64,000 bases of DNA from an uncultured Actinomycetota bacterium (GTDB lineage Bacteria; Actinomycetota; Actinomycetes; JAFAQI01), in the NCBI GenBank assembly GCA_963770565.1, contig CAVYQE010000006.1, positions 32,001 through 96,000 of the forward strand, written 5' to 3'. The notes under the pieces were generated by a model that searched no databases, was not told the origin of the DNA, and was given only the letters and a program-made list of their open reading frames with translations. This document shows positions 63,406 through 64,000 of this stretch, piece by piece (the stretch's first letter is position 1; each line of letters begins with the position of its first letter). The translations under genes and the position numbers were made by a program.

Positions 63406-64000
63406 TCAGGCGCCGTCGGTCGCGATCGGGGCGAGCGCGGTTGTGAGCAACGGCAGGACATCGTGCCAGTCGGCGACGATGCCGAGGTCGGCGTGGTCGA
63501 AGACCGGTGCGCTCGGGTCGTTGTTGATCGTGAGGACACGGGTCGCGTTGCGAACGCCGATCATGTGGTTCGGCTTGCCGGCGATCCCGATCGCGATGTA
63601 GAGCCGCGGCGAGATGTGCCGGCCGGTGATGCCGACCTGGCGCGAGTGCGGCAGCCAGCCCTTGTCGGTCACCCGGCGGCTCGCGGCGAGCTCAGCGCCG
63701 AGCGCGACCCGCAGCGGCTCGAGCAGCGCGTACTCCTCAGGCGGCACCCCGGTGCCGACGCCGATCACGACGTCGGCGATCGCGATCAGGTCGGGGTCGT
63801 CATCCTCGGTTTCATTTAGGACCTGCACCGGCGCGGATGCGGGTACGTCGATGCGCTGCTCGGCGATCTCTCTTGCTGACCGTGGGTCGGGCAGGGTCAT
63901 CACGCCGTGCCGCACGGTCGCGGCCTGGATGTCGCTGCGGCAGCGGATCGCGGCCAGCATGCTGCCGCCGAACGCCGGCTTCCACGCGACCAGCCGGCCG
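63406..64000 (-). CDS. Electron transfer flavoprotein alpha subunit (FixB-like), 5' part outside the window
   Basis: KPAFGG, VIGVGTG, AASRRVTDKGW..QVGITG..SPRLYIAIGIAG..NH..G, INNDPSAPVF..ADLGIVAD. Confidence 0.9.
   Translation of the reverse strand, partial: GRLVAWKPAFGGSMLAAIRCRSDIQAATVRHGVMTLPDPRSAREIAEQRIDVPASAPVQVLNETEDDDPDLIAIADVVIGVGTGVPPEEYALLEPLRVALGAELAASRRVTDKGWLPHSRQVGITGRHISPRLYIAIGIAGKPNHMIGVRNATRVLTINNDPSAPVFDHADLGIVADWHDVLPLLTTALAPIATDGA

Noticed and set aside
63321-63539. 72-aa minus-strand ORF ending KKPKHFCV
   Set aside because: It mostly overlaps the ETF gene off-frame; the last ~20 codons could be a gene remnant but this cannot be supported.

Overview
High-GC actinobacterial chromosome segment. 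It starts with a conserved core block: purL 3' end, an MDMPI/sterol-carrier gene, purF, purM, DUF3073, a Leu/Val dehydrogenase, bldC and alaA. A DUF559-type endonuclease gene flanked by twin 63-bp hairpins interrupts this block. Next come a GGDEF-EAL gene, a lysine-catabolism-like operon (lat, aldehyde dehydrogenase, fused E1 alpha/beta), transporters and several large secreted proteins. A ~14-kb integrative mobilizable element (37511-51496) sits in the 3' end of tRNA-Phe(GAA). It carries an integrase, excisionase, MobF relaxase, an HTH-MNT/HEPN pair, an IS21 insertion with a 5-bp target duplication and a decayed PadR/ABC module, and debris of a related element lies to its left. After the tRNA come an ATPase cassette flanked by direct repeats, a putative defence cluster (HNH, PLD-helicase-DUF3427, NERD), a DEAD-box helicase and a DIP1984-family gene. 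The best candidate for an undescribed system is a ~243-nt region starting at the DIP1984 stop codon, with three nested long-range helices, a tRNA-like T-loop and a 7-nt periodic tract, which suggests a protein plus structured-RNA module. Many genes carry single-base frameshifts that may be sequencing errors. Family names come from motif recognition only; no searches were run.
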